A stretch of DNA of 64,000 nt. Source: Nitrosopumilus sp. Its GTDB lineage: Archaea > Thermoproteota > Nitrososphaeria > Nitrososphaerales > Nitrosopumilaceae. The first letter of the stretch is position 1; each line of letters opens with the position of its first letter. This document shows, piece by piece, positions 41,204 to 51,469 of the stretch. The stretch covers positions 224,001-288,000 of the forward strand of contig OZ242186.1 in the NCBI GenBank assembly GCA_965205675.1. Reading direction: 5' to 3'. The notes below the pieces were generated by a model that saw nothing but the letters and a program-made list of their open reading frames with translations, was not told where the DNA came from and did no database searches. Position numbers and translations under genes: made by a program.

Positions 41204-42206
41204 GAATAAAACGATCAATATGTCGTTTGTTATTTTGTAATATTGAGATTCGTGAAACAATACTTTCATCCATTATTGAAAATATTTTACTTTGTTTAGC
41301 AATTTCTTCACTAAATTTTTTTATTTCTTCCATCTCTAACATATTTTTACGCTCTAATCTGTTCGTTGAACGTCCAATATGCATATATGATTTAATTTCA
41401 ATAAAGTGTGGGCTAGCTTTCCTAAACATTTCTGCAAATGTTGGAATTACTTCCTTTTGATCATTGTAATCTCTAATCAAAGTGATTCTTAATACTGTTC
41501 TAGTATTCAAATCCTTTAACATGTCAAGTGTTCTATTCCATCTTTCCCATGAATCATCATATCTTGGTTTGTTTATTCTCATAAATGATTCATAGTCTGC
41601 AGCATTTGTTGATAGATACAATTGTGTTGGTAATGCATCCTCTTCTTGTAATTTTTGAATCATGTCTGGTTCTTGTCCATTTGTTACAAGAAAAATTGAT
41701 TTTGTTGCTTCAAATGATTTTAGATATTTAATTAGTTCTGGAAGTTTAGGATACATTGTAGGTTCTCCAGAAAGTGAAATTGCATAATGAGCAGGCAATA
41801 AAGATTCATCTAATCTTTGTTTATCGTTTCTTGAATCACCATAAAATCCGTTGATCAGTTTTTTTCTTTCACCCATTAACTTTGTTAGGATTTGTTCTGG
41901 CTCTGCAACTTGTTCTGGTTTCATTTGTATTGAATCATAAAACTCCATTGGTCTCCAACAATACACACATCTATTTTCACAATACATGCCAGCAGGAGAA
42001 AACTCCATACATCTATGAGTTGAAATTCCATAAAACTTGTGTTTGTAACAATTACCCTCATGCTTGAATGATTTTTTTGTCCAATGACAAAGTCCTACAG
42101 TTGAATGATCTGCTACACCATATTTTGCTTTTTTCAGTTGTGCAGATATTGCAGGTCTGATCTGAATTAATTCTTCTTCTTCAACAGTTTCTCCAGAACA
42201 GCTCAT
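41181..42206 (-). CDS. taw1: 4-demethylwyosine synthase Taw1/TYW1 (radical SAM)
   Basis: LCHWT, CYKHKFYGI.THRC, CENRCVYCWR and SLSGEPT motifs. Confidence 0.95.
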   Translation of the reverse strand: MSCSGETVEEEELIQIRPAISAQLKKAKYGVADHSTVGLCHWTKKSFKHEGNCYKHKFYGISTHRCMEFSPAGMYCENRCVYCWRPMEFYDSIQMKPEQVAEPEQILTKLMGERKKLINGFYGDSRNDKQRLDESLLPAHYAISLSGEPTMYPKLPELIKYLKSFEATKSIFLVTNGQEPDMIQKLQEEDALPTQLYLSTNAADYESFMRINKPRYDDSWERWNRTLDMLKDLNTRTVLRITLIRDYNDQKEVIPTFAEMFRKASPHFIEIKSYMHIGRSTNRLERKNMLEMEEIKKFSEEIAKQSKIFSIMDESIVSRISILQNNKRHIDRFIPTYANTI

Positions 42207-42345
42207 GAGTTCAGATCGTGTTCTGGTTTACTTAAATTGATCGAGTTTTTTTGTCCAACATGGAAACTTTTCTCAAAACTATTGATATTTTCAGTCGATT
42301 CTAGAGTGAGGTTTAATAACTGGATCCTCGACGTATTTTTAGGCT

Positions 42346-44778
42346 TTGAAAAAAATACACTCTTTGTCATTCCTATTGTTACTTGTAGCCACATTAACCA
42401 GTATGCCAATTAACCCTGTTTTTGCTTATGACTTGGATGGTGATGATATTGATGATTCCATAGATGCATGTCCTAATTTACAAGAAGATTATGAAGGAAC
42501 CATTGATGGATGTCCATCAGACTTTGTTCCATGGTATGACGAAGATTATGATGGAATAGAAGATCATATTGATGCATGTCCAAATTTGAAAGAACATTAT
42601 AATAAATTCCAAGATGAGGACGGTTGCCCTGATACGCTTCCTGGAAGTGGAAGTGGAGGTGCATCTGATTCTGACGGTGATGGATTTATTGATTTAGTAG
42701 ACTTGTGTCCAAACCAACCAGAAACTTTCAATGGTGTTTTAGATAGAGACGGTTGCCCTGATTCTTATGGTTCTGGTGATAGAGATTTAGACGGTGTTTT
42801 AGATTTTACTGATGAATGTCCACTAAGTGCTGAAACTTATAATAAATTCCAAGATGAGGACGGTTGCCCTGATTCAGTTAACGATTCAAGTTTTGTAGAT
42901 TCTGATAATGATGGCATTCAAGACAAAATTGATTTGTGTATATCAGAACCAGAAACGTATAATGGTTACAGAGACACAGACGGTTGCCCTGATGTCGCAT
43001 TGGATTCTTCATTTAATGATAAAGACGGCGATGGAATAGCTGATCAATTTGATATTTGTCCTGAATATCCTGAAACTTTTAATCGTTTTGCAGATTATGA
43101 CGGTTGCCCTGATGCAGTTCCTTCATTTGATGGTACACTAAATGATACAGATGGTGATAGAATTGTGGATGCCGATGATTCTTGTCCATTAGATCCTGAA
43201 AGATATAACGGATTCCAAGATGCAGACGGCTGTCCTGATATCCCTCCTTATACTAGTGATAATGATTCAGATCTTGATGGAATTCTTAACAGTGTTGATC
43301 AATGTCCAACTGTAAAAGAAACTTACAATAAATTCCAAGATGCAGACGGCTGTCCAGACTTTGTAGGTTCTAACAAAGAAGTTCCAGATTCTGACGGTGA
43401 TGGAATTAATGACTTTTCAGATTTATGTCCAAACCAACCAGAAACTTTCAATGGTGTATTTGATAGAGACGGCTGTCCAGATAATGATACTAGTAGCGAT
43501 AGAGATTTAGATGGAATCCCAGACAGTTTGGATTCATGTCCTACCGCTAAAGAAAATTACAACAATATAGAAGATGACGACGGCTGTCCAGAAGGTAGTT
43601 CTGGATTACTAGGATTAGATTTTGATGGTGATGGAATTCCTGATTTGAATGACAAATGTCCTTTAGAGTCTGAAACTGTGAATGATTATCAAGATTTAGA
43701 CGGTTGTCCAGATGTTTCTGTATTAGATTCTGACGGTGATGGAATTCGTGATAGCTTAGATTTATGTCCTTCAGCTGAAGAAACATGGAATCGTTATCAA
43801 GATCATGATGGTTGCCCCGATAACACATCTGAACCTGATTCTGACTTTGATGGAATTTTAGATGGTATAGATCAATGCCCTCTTGATAGAGAAAGATACA
43901 ATGGCTTCCAAGATGAGGACGGTTGTCCTGATTATCCTGACTTTACTACTACTATAGACTCAGACTTTGATGGTATTGATGATGAATTTGATCAATGCCC
44001 ACTAGTTCCTGAAACTTATAATAAATTCCAAGATGAGGACGGCTGTCCTGATTATGTTGGAGATAACAAAGGAACTCCTGACACTGATAATGACGGAATT
44101 AATGATTATAATGATCATTGTCCAAATCAACCAGAAACCTATAATGATATTCTAGATTTAGACGGTTGTCCTGATGACTATATTCCAAAGAATGACCGAG
44201 ACGATGATGGAATTCCAGATGATATTGATGCATGTCCAAGTGCCAAAGAAACTTACAATAAATTCCAAGATGATGACGGCTGTCCTGACTATATAGCTGA
44301 TTCGTTTGTAGTAGATTCTGATAATGATGGAATTGATGATGTTTCTGATGATTGTCCATTAGTTGCTGAAAATTATAATGGCTTCCAAGATGAGGACGGT
44401 TGTCCTGATTCTGATAATATTCAGCCAGATTCTGACGGTGATGGTGTTCCAGATGTAATGGACGTGTGTCCAGAACAAAGTGAAGTTTGGAATAAATATG
44501 TAGATTATGACGGTTGTCCTGATACTATTCCAATTGGAAATGTTCTCATTGATAGTGATGGAGATGGCATAACTGACGAATCTGATCTCTGTCCACATGA
44601 AAAAGAGTCTTGGAACAAATACAATGATCGTGACGGCTGCCCTGATATTGTACCAGAACAATCAAGATACAAACATGATGCTGACTTAGATGATATTATT
44701 AATGAAAATGACATGTGTCCATTCGAACCTGAGGATTATGACGGTGACCGAGATCATGACGGCTGTCCTGACCAATAG
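42346..44778 (+). CDS. Secreted thrombospondin type-3 repeat protein 1
   Basis: Signal peptide followed by tandem DxDxDGxxDxxDxCP..ExxNxxxDxDGCPD units to the C-terminus. Confidence 0.92.
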   Translation: MKKIHSLSFLLLLVATLTSMPINPVFAYDLDGDDIDDSIDACPNLQEDYEGTIDGCPSDFVPWYDEDYDGIEDHIDACPNLKEHYNKFQDEDGCPDTLPGSGSGGASDSDGDGFIDLVDLCPNQPETFNGVLDRDGCPDSYGSGDRDLDGVLDFTDECPLSAETYNKFQDEDGCPDSVNDSSFVDSDNDGIQDKIDLCISEPETYNGYRDTDGCPDVALDSSFNDKDGDGIADQFDICPEYPETFNRFADYDGCPDAVPSFDGTLNDTDGDRIVDADDSCPLDPERYNGFQDADGCPDIPPYTSDNDSDLDGILNSVDQCPTVKETYNKFQDADGCPDFVGSNKEVPDSDGDGINDFSDLCPNQPETFNGVFDRDGCPDNDTSSDRDLDGIPDSLDSCPTAKENYNNIEDDDGCPEGSSGLLGLDFDGDGIPDLNDKCPLESETVNDYQDLDGCPDVSVLDSDGDGIRDSLDLCPSAEETWNRYQDHDGCPDNTSEPDSDFDGILDGIDQCPLDRERYNGFQDEDGCPDYPDFTTTIDSDFDGIDDEFDQCPLVPETYNKFQDEDGCPDYVGDNKGTPDTDNDGINDYNDHCPNQPETYNDILDLDGCPDDYIPKNDRDDDGIPDDIDACPSAKETYNKFQDDDGCPDYIADSFVVDSDNDGIDDVSDDCPLVAENYNGFQDEDGCPDSDNIQPDSDGDGVPDVMDVCPEQSEVWNKYVDYDGCPDTIPIGNVLIDSDGDGITDESDLCPHEKESWNKYNDRDGCPDIVPEQSRYKHDADLDDIINENDMCPFEPEDYDGDRDHDGCPDQ

Positions 44779-44789
44779 GAGATCTTAGA

Positions 44790-46958
44790 ATGAAAAAACA
44801 ATATCTTTTAGGATTTTTGCTTTTATTAACTTCTACTATTGGTATGATGCCAAACAGCATTTATGCTAATAATGAAATTGATACTGACGGTGATGGAGTT
44901 CCAAACAACTTGGATTTATGTCCTCATCTTCTAGAGGATTATGATCCACAATATGGTGATAATATTGACGGTTGTCCAGCAGATTTTGTTCCATGGTATG
45001 ATGCTGATTATGATGGAATACAAGACCATCTTGATCATTGTCCAACTGTAAAAGAAACTTACAATAAATTCCAAGATGAGGACGGTTGTCCTGATTTGTC
45101 ATCGGTTGACTCTAAAGGCACTGCAGATACTGACGGTGACGGCTATCCTGATTTCATGGATTTATGTCCAACTCAACCTGAAACATTTAATGGATTCTTA
45201 GATACAGACGGCTGCCCTGACAAACAATCTTCTACTTTAGATACTGACGGTGATGGCATTCCCGACATCTCTGATACTTGCCCACTAGAACCTGAAACTT
45301 ATAACAAATACCTTGATTCAGACGGCTGCCCTGATACATCTGATTCCCTTGATACACGATATCAATTCCCTGACACTGACGGAGATGGTGTTGAAGATAG
45401 ATGGGATTCATGTATTGATGAGCCAGAAAACTATAATGATTATCTAGATCATGACGGCTGCCCTGATATGCCTGGAGTTACTTCTCAAGAAGCACCTGAT
45501 GCTGATTATGATGGAATTCTTGATGATGTAGATGAATGTCCATTAGATCGTGAAAATTACAATAAATTCCAGGACAGTGATGGTTGTCCAGATGTATTAC
45601 AATTACAAATAACTGGCGATGTTGACGGTGATGGAATTTTAGACCGAAATGATTCTTGTCCATTTAGTCCTGAAACTTATAATCAATTTGAAGACACAGA
45701 CGGCTGCCCTGATCATATAGCTGATAACAAATTTGTATTTGACACTGATGGTGATGGAATAATTGACAACGTAGATCATTGCCCAACTCAACCTGAAACC
45801 TACAATGGAATGCAAGACACAGACGGCTGCCCTGATAATGACTTTACATCTGATCAAGACTTTGATGGTATCTTCGATTTTGCAGATGATTGTCCAACTG
45901 TAAAAGAAACTTACAACAAATATTTAGATCATGACGGCTGCCCTGATAATATTAATATTTTAGATTCAGTTTATCAATTCCCTGACACTGATGGTGATGG
46001 AATTGATGATAGATGGGATTCATGTATTGATGAGCCAGAAAACTATAATGATTATCTAGATCATGACGGCTGCCCTGATACACCTGGAACTACTATTGGC
46101 GATATACTTGATGCTGACTATGATGGCCTGGCAGATCATTTAGATGCTTGTCCTACATTAGCTGAAAGACACAATGGCTTCCAAGATGATGACGGCTGTC
46201 CTGACAGTATTGATTATCAAACAATTGGTGATGCTGATTATGATGGAATACAAGACCATCTTGATCAATGTCCAACTGTAAAAGAAATTTACAATCAATT
46301 CCAGGATTCAGACGGCTGTCCTGATCATGTAGATAATGACACATTTACTGCAGATACTGACGGTGACGGCATTTCAGATGTTATTGATCATTGTCCAACT
46401 CAACCTGAAACATTTAATGGATTCTTAGATACAGACGGCTGCCCTGACAAACAATCTTCTACTTTAGATACTGACGGTGATGGCATTCCCGACATCTCTG
46501 ATACTTGCCCACTAGAACCTGAAACTTATAACAAATACCTTGATTCAGACGGCTGCCCTGATACATCTGATTCCCTTGATACACGATATCAATTCCCTGA
46601 CACTGACGGAGATGGTGTTGAAGATAGATGGGATTCATGTATTGATGAGCCAGAAAACTATAATGATTATCTAGATCATGACGGCTGCCCTGATGTATTG
46701 GCAGCAGAATCAACTATCCCTGTTTCTATAGATTCTGACGGTGATGGATATGCTGATGCTACTGATTCATGTCCAACAAACCCTGAAACTTGGAACAAAT
46801 ACAACGATCATGATGGATGTCCTGATACTGCCCCAGAACAACAGCGATTTGCCCATGATGATGATCTAGATAACATTATCAACGATGACGATCTGTGTCC
46901 TCTTGATGCTGAGGATTATGATGGTGACCGTGATTCAGATGGTTGTCCAGATCCATAA
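44790..46958 (+). CDS. Secreted thrombospondin type-3 repeat protein 2
   Basis: Same repeat unit; internal exact 303-bp duplication. Confidence 0.92.
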   Translation: MKKQYLLGFLLLLTSTIGMMPNSIYANNEIDTDGDGVPNNLDLCPHLLEDYDPQYGDNIDGCPADFVPWYDADYDGIQDHLDHCPTVKETYNKFQDEDGCPDLSSVDSKGTADTDGDGYPDFMDLCPTQPETFNGFLDTDGCPDKQSSTLDTDGDGIPDISDTCPLEPETYNKYLDSDGCPDTSDSLDTRYQFPDTDGDGVEDRWDSCIDEPENYNDYLDHDGCPDMPGVTSQEAPDADYDGILDDVDECPLDRENYNKFQDSDGCPDVLQLQITGDVDGDGILDRNDSCPFSPETYNQFEDTDGCPDHIADNKFVFDTDGDGIIDNVDHCPTQPETYNGMQDTDGCPDNDFTSDQDFDGIFDFADDCPTVKETYNKYLDHDGCPDNINILDSVYQFPDTDGDGIDDRWDSCIDEPENYNDYLDHDGCPDTPGTTIGDILDADYDGLADHLDACPTLAERHNGFQDDDGCPDSIDYQTIGDADYDGIQDHLDQCPTVKEIYNQFQDSDGCPDHVDNDTFTADTDGDGISDVIDHCPTQPETFNGFLDTDGCPDKQSSTLDTDGDGIPDISDTCPLEPETYNKYLDSDGCPDTSDSLDTRYQFPDTDGDGVEDRWDSCIDEPENYNDYLDHDGCPDVLAAESTIPVSIDSDGDGYADATDSCPTNPETWNKYNDHDGCPDTAPEQQRFAHDDDLDNIINDDDLCPLDAEDYDGDRDSDGCPDP
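45165..46694 (+). repeat. 303-bp direct repeat (45165-45467 and 46392-46694)
   Basis: Nucleotide-identical by eye from TGTCCAACTCAACCTG to GGCTGCCCTGAT. Confidence 0.85.
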
Positions 46959-47040
46959 TCTTCCTGATTCCCATTCTTTAAAAGAATCTATTTAACGTGA
47001 GACTTAATAAATACTTGATAATAGCGGTGTCAGAGAAAGA

Positions 47041-49212
47041 ATGAAAAAACAATATCTTTTAGGATTTTTGCTTTTATTAACTTCTACTATTGGTATGATG
47101 CCAAACAGCATTTATGCTAATAATGAAATTGATACTGACGGTGATGGAGTTCCAAACAACTTGGATTTATGTCCTCATCTTCTAGAGGATTATGATCCAC
47201 AATATGGTGATAATATTGACGGTTGTCCAGCAGATTTTGTTCCATGGTATGATGCTGATTATGATGGAATACAAGACCATCTTGATCATTGTCCAACTGT
47301 AAAAGAAACTTACAATAAATTCCAAGATGAGGACGGTTGTCCTGATTTGTCATCGGTTGACTCTAAAGGCACTGCAGATACTGACGGTGACGGCTATCCT
47401 GATTTCATGGATTTATGTCCAACTCAACCTGAAACATTTAATGGTATTGATGATAAAAACGGCTGCCCAGATGATGCTTTAACTCTAAAGGATACTGATC
47501 AAGACGGAATTTCTGATTCATTTGATATTTGTCCATTAGAATCTGAAACTTATAATTTCTATCAAGATGAAGACGGCTGTCCTGATACTGTTGATACAGT
47601 AAATCCTACATACACGTTTCCAGATACTGACGGAGATGGTGTTGATGATAGATGGGATCAATGTATTAATGAACCTGAAAATTATAATGGCTTTTTAGAC
47701 TGGGATGGCTGTATCGATGTTCCTGGTTCATTTTCTGAAGGACTAATTGATTCAGATTATGATAGTATTCTTGATTCAGTAGATGTATGTCCATTAGAAC
47801 GTGAAAATTTTAATAAATTCCAAGATGAGGATGGATGTCCTGATGAATTAGAATTTTTAACTACCGGTGATTTTGACGGTGACGGCATTCCAGATCAACT
47901 TGATTTGTGTCCTCATTCTAAAGAATCTTGGAATAAATTCCAAGATACAGACGGCTGTCCGGATTTAGTTGCAGATGATTCATTTACTTATGATTCTGAC
48001 GGTGATGGAATTGTTGATAATTTAGATTTATGTCCAAATCAACCAGAAAGTTATAATAATTTCTTAGATACAGACGGCTGCCCTGATAATGATGACTCTG
48101 TTCTTGACACTGACATGGATGGAATATTGAACATATTTGATGGATGTCCGTCAAAACCTGAAACTTATAACTTTTTCAAAGATGGTGATGGCTGCCCTGA
48201 TTCATCAAGTTCTATAGTTTCTTCTTACATATTCCCTGATGCCGATGAAGATGGAATTGATGATAGATGGGATCAATGTATTGATGAACCAGAAAACTAT
48301 AATAATTTCTTAGACACAGACGGCTGCCCTGACATTCCAGGATTTTCCAAATCTGCATTACCTGATTCAGATTATGATAGAATTCCAGATGAGTTTGATG
48401 CATGTCCAACTCTTGGTGAGAGGTATAATCAATTCCAAGATGAAGACGGCTGCCCAGATACTGTAGCATACGACTCATTTGGAGATGCTGATTTTGATGG
48501 AGTAACTGACAATGTTGATGATTGTCCTACTGTTAGAGAAACTTACAATAGATTCCAAGATGAAGACGGCTGCCCAGATCTAATCTCTGATAACAGATTA
48601 GTCATTGATTCAGATGGAGATGGAATACTTGATATTCATGATTTATGTCCTGCACAACCTGAAACATTTAACCAATTCAAAGACGGTGACGGCTGCCCAG
48701 ACAAGTTCACACTTACACTTGATTCAGACATGGATGGTATAGTAGATGTTTCTGATATTTGCCCTCTAGAGCCTGAAACTCACAATTTTTATCAAGATGA
48801 AGACGGCTGCCCAGACTCGATTGATACTGTTATCCCATCATACATCTTTACAGATACTGATGGTGACGGAATTGATGATAGAAAAGATGCCTGTCTTACA
48901 GAACAAGAGAATTTTAATGGATATCTAGACTGGGATGGCTGCCCTGATGTATTGGCAGCAGAATCAACAGCTCCTACAAGAGTTGATTCTGACGGTGATG
49001 GATATTATGATGGAATTGATTCATGTCCAACAAACCCTGAAACTTGGAACAAATACAACGATCATGATGGATGTCCTGATACTGCCCCAGAACAACAGCG
49101 ATTTGCCCATGATGATGATCTAGATAACATTATCAACGATGACGATTTGTGCCCTCTTGATGCTGAGGATTATGATGGTGACCGTGATTCAGATGGCTGT
49201 CCAGATAACTAA
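47041..49212 (+). CDS. Secreted thrombospondin type-3 repeat protein 3
   Basis: Same repeat unit; first 404 nt identical to gene 2 and 3' end near-identical. Confidence 0.92.
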   Translation: MKKQYLLGFLLLLTSTIGMMPNSIYANNEIDTDGDGVPNNLDLCPHLLEDYDPQYGDNIDGCPADFVPWYDADYDGIQDHLDHCPTVKETYNKFQDEDGCPDLSSVDSKGTADTDGDGYPDFMDLCPTQPETFNGIDDKNGCPDDALTLKDTDQDGISDSFDICPLESETYNFYQDEDGCPDTVDTVNPTYTFPDTDGDGVDDRWDQCINEPENYNGFLDWDGCIDVPGSFSEGLIDSDYDSILDSVDVCPLERENFNKFQDEDGCPDELEFLTTGDFDGDGIPDQLDLCPHSKESWNKFQDTDGCPDLVADDSFTYDSDGDGIVDNLDLCPNQPESYNNFLDTDGCPDNDDSVLDTDMDGILNIFDGCPSKPETYNFFKDGDGCPDSSSSIVSSYIFPDADEDGIDDRWDQCIDEPENYNNFLDTDGCPDIPGFSKSALPDSDYDRIPDEFDACPTLGERYNQFQDEDGCPDTVAYDSFGDADFDGVTDNVDDCPTVRETYNRFQDEDGCPDLISDNRLVIDSDGDGILDIHDLCPAQPETFNQFKDGDGCPDKFTLTLDSDMDGIVDVSDICPLEPETHNFYQDEDGCPDSIDTVIPSYIFTDTDGDGIDDRKDACLTEQENFNGYLDWDGCPDVLAAESTAPTRVDSDGDGYYDGIDSCPTNPETWNKYNDHDGCPDTAPEQQRFAHDDDLDNIINDDDLCPLDAEDYDGDRDSDGCPDN

Positions 49213-49272
49213 TAGGGTCCCCCCTCTACTATCTTTGAAATACTAGATATATTGAATTTGTAAAATTTCAAT

Positions 49273-50235
49273 ATGCTTCCAAAATTCTCCGGTCCTGCAT
49301 TTTTGGCTCCTATGGCAGGTGTAAGCGATCCTGCCCTTCGTTTACAATGTAAAAAAATGGGAGCTGGATTAGTTGTTACAGAATTTACAAATATTCATAG
49401 TATTATTGCAAAAGAAAATCAACTCAAAGAAAGAATGAAAACTATTCAAGATTTTCTTGAATACTCTGATGAAGAACGTCCTCTCTCAGTACAGCTATTT
49501 GGTTCTGATCTTTTAGCATTAGAAAAAGCAGCAAAGATTGTAGAACCTTATTTTGATATAATTGATTATAACATGGGTTGTCCTGCACCTCACATTACAC
49601 AACAGATGGCTGGAGGTGCCCTCTTACAAGAGGTTAATTTAACACAACAAATTTTTAGTACTCTTACTAATGCTGTGAAAAAACCTGTGACCCTAAAAAT
49701 CCGCTCAGGAGTTACAGATGCTAGTAAATTTCTCTTTCGAAAAATTGCAGAAATTGCAGAAGATGAAGGCATTGAAATGATTACTTTTCATCCAAGAACT
49801 GTTAGCCAAGGCTATTCTGGAATTGCTGATTGGGATTTAATTAAAGAATTAAAAGAAAATTCTAACATTCCAATTGTTGGAAATGGTGATATCACAACAC
49901 CTGAAGATGCTAAAACAATGTTTGATAATACTAATTGTGATTATGTAATGATTGGTAGAGGTGCAATGGGCAATCCATTCATCTTTGAGCAAATCAATGA
50001 TTTTCTAAAAACCAATTCTTATCAAGAATATACATTCAAAGACAGACTGGATTCTTTTTTTGATTATTTACATCTCACAACCAAATACAAAATAAAATTT
50101 GCAAATATCAAGGGACAAGCTATGAGATTCACAAAAGGTGTGAAAGGTGGTTCAAAACTTCGTTCCAAAATCACTTTCTCCAAAAACATTGAAGAACTAG
50201 AAAAAATAATGAACAATGCATATGCCTCACCTTAA
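49273..50235 (+). CDS. dus: tRNA-dihydrouridine synthase (DusB-like)
   Basis: LAPMAG, NMGCP, HPRT, GNGDI and MIGRGA motifs. Confidence 0.93.
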   Translation: MLPKFSGPAFLAPMAGVSDPALRLQCKKMGAGLVVTEFTNIHSIIAKENQLKERMKTIQDFLEYSDEERPLSVQLFGSDLLALEKAAKIVEPYFDIIDYNMGCPAPHITQQMAGGALLQEVNLTQQIFSTLTNAVKKPVTLKIRSGVTDASKFLFRKIAEIAEDEGIEMITFHPRTVSQGYSGIADWDLIKELKENSNIPIVGNGDITTPEDAKTMFDNTNCDYVMIGRGAMGNPFIFEQINDFLKTNSYQEYTFKDRLDSFFDYLHLTTKYKIKFANIKGQAMRFTKGVKGGSKLRSKITFSKNIEELEKIMNNAYASP

Positions 50236-50375
50236 GAATTTAATAAATTCTTTCAAATTACTTTATATTTGTTTATAATATCACTGAATTTCATGTTAAA
50301 TTTTTAAGCGAATTAAACTATTCTTATATATTTCAAGGGTGCATTTTAAACATGAAAATAGGAGTAAAATCATAA

Positions 50376-50615
50376 TTGGCAGCAGCTTATGTTCTCATAA
50401 ACTGTGAATTAGGTTCTGAAGAAGCAGTAATTTCAGAATTAAAATCAATTGAAGGTGTTGTTGAAGTACATGGTACCTTTGGTGCATATGATATCTTGGC
50501 CAAGGTAGAATCTAGTCAAGTTGAAACGCTACGTGAAACCATAACTTGGAAGATCAGAAAAATCCCTAAAATTAGATCAACGTTAACGTTGATGGGTATT
50601 GATGGGCAACAATGA
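50376..50615 (+). CDS. Stand-alone Lrp/AsnC ligand-binding (RAM) domain protein
   Basis: AYVLINCE.G and G.YDI.AKVE motifs, IR..P.IRSTLTL; no HTH. Confidence 0.88.
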   Translation: MAAAYVLINCELGSEEAVISELKSIEGVVEVHGTFGAYDILAKVESSQVETLRETITWKIRKIPKIRSTLTLMGIDGQQ

Positions 50616-50778
50616 TACATCAAAATCCCTTGCTTTTATACTTAAATTGCAATATCTAATTATCCCTTCAAACAAACATGTCCCCCAAAGGGATAACGTC
50701 CTGAGAGGAAGTAGTAAGCCTCTCAGCAGTTAAATTTTGATTGATTATGATATGTGTTATTTCAGTAAAAGAAAATAA

Positions 50779-51126
50779 TTAGAGGGCTTCAGAACCACTC
50801 TTTTTAGATGCGATATTCAAAACGCTTTCTACATCAGATACAACAATAATCCCATCTCCACCTTTTCCAGTATAAGATGCATCAGCAATTGCTGTTGAAA
50901 CTTTTTCCACATCTGCGTCATCAACAATTGTACTAACAGTTGCAACTTTATTGTATTCTGCAGTTACAGTGCCAGTACCTCTGCCTGATCTAATTTCTTG
51001 TCTTACTCCAGAACCTCTGCCATTACCTTCTAAAATGGTAAATCCGCCAACAATATCGTTTATTGCATCAGATACAGCACCTATTTTATTGCCTTGAATC
51101 GTTGCTTCAATTCGTTTCATTTGCAT
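50779..51126 (-). CDS. P-II family signal transduction protein
   Basis: MKRIEATI, GRG T-loop start and TG..GDG.I.V B-loop. Confidence 0.88.
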   Translation of the reverse strand: MQMKRIEATIQGNKIGAVSDAINDIVGGFTILEGNGRGSGVRQEIRSGRGTGTVTAEYNKVATVSTIVDDADVEKVSTAIADASYTGKGGDGIIVVSDVESVLNIASKKSGSEAL

Positions 51127-51225
51127 TTATTTTTAGGTATTATTTAAAAAAGATCATATGTTTTTATTCAAATTTTATGATACTATTACATCAATTGGTT
51201 ATATCATTATCCTCTGAGCTTTTTA

Positions 51226-51423
51226 GTGTTAAAGAAAAATAAAATTATGAAAAATGATGAAAGACGATCTCATAGACTAAACTATCTTTTAAAATGTTAT
51301 TTGATAAATCCTAAAGAAAATGATCTATATCAAAGAGCCAAACAAATGGGAGTTACTGATTCTACTGCCAAAGATTACATTCGAACTGTCATAATACAAG
51401 CGCAAAAGATCTATGCAAAGTAG
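51226..51423 (+). CDS. Small hypothetical protein (possible HTH)
   Basis: Short ORF with AKQMGVTDSTAKDYI, a helix-turn-helix-like pattern. Confidence 0.55.
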   Translation: MLKKNKIMKNDERRSHRLNYLLKCYLINPKENDLYQRAKQMGVTDSTAKDYIRTVIIQAQKIYAK

Positions 51424-51469
51424 CTTTTTAACATATATTCATAAATAATGAATTAAAAAGAAAATACAC

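Noticed and set aside
42346-49212. Recurring GACGGYTGYCCWGA motif that could be taken for a CRISPR array
   Set aside because: It is the DGCPD codon block of in-frame protein repeats, with synonymous variation and no cas genes nearby
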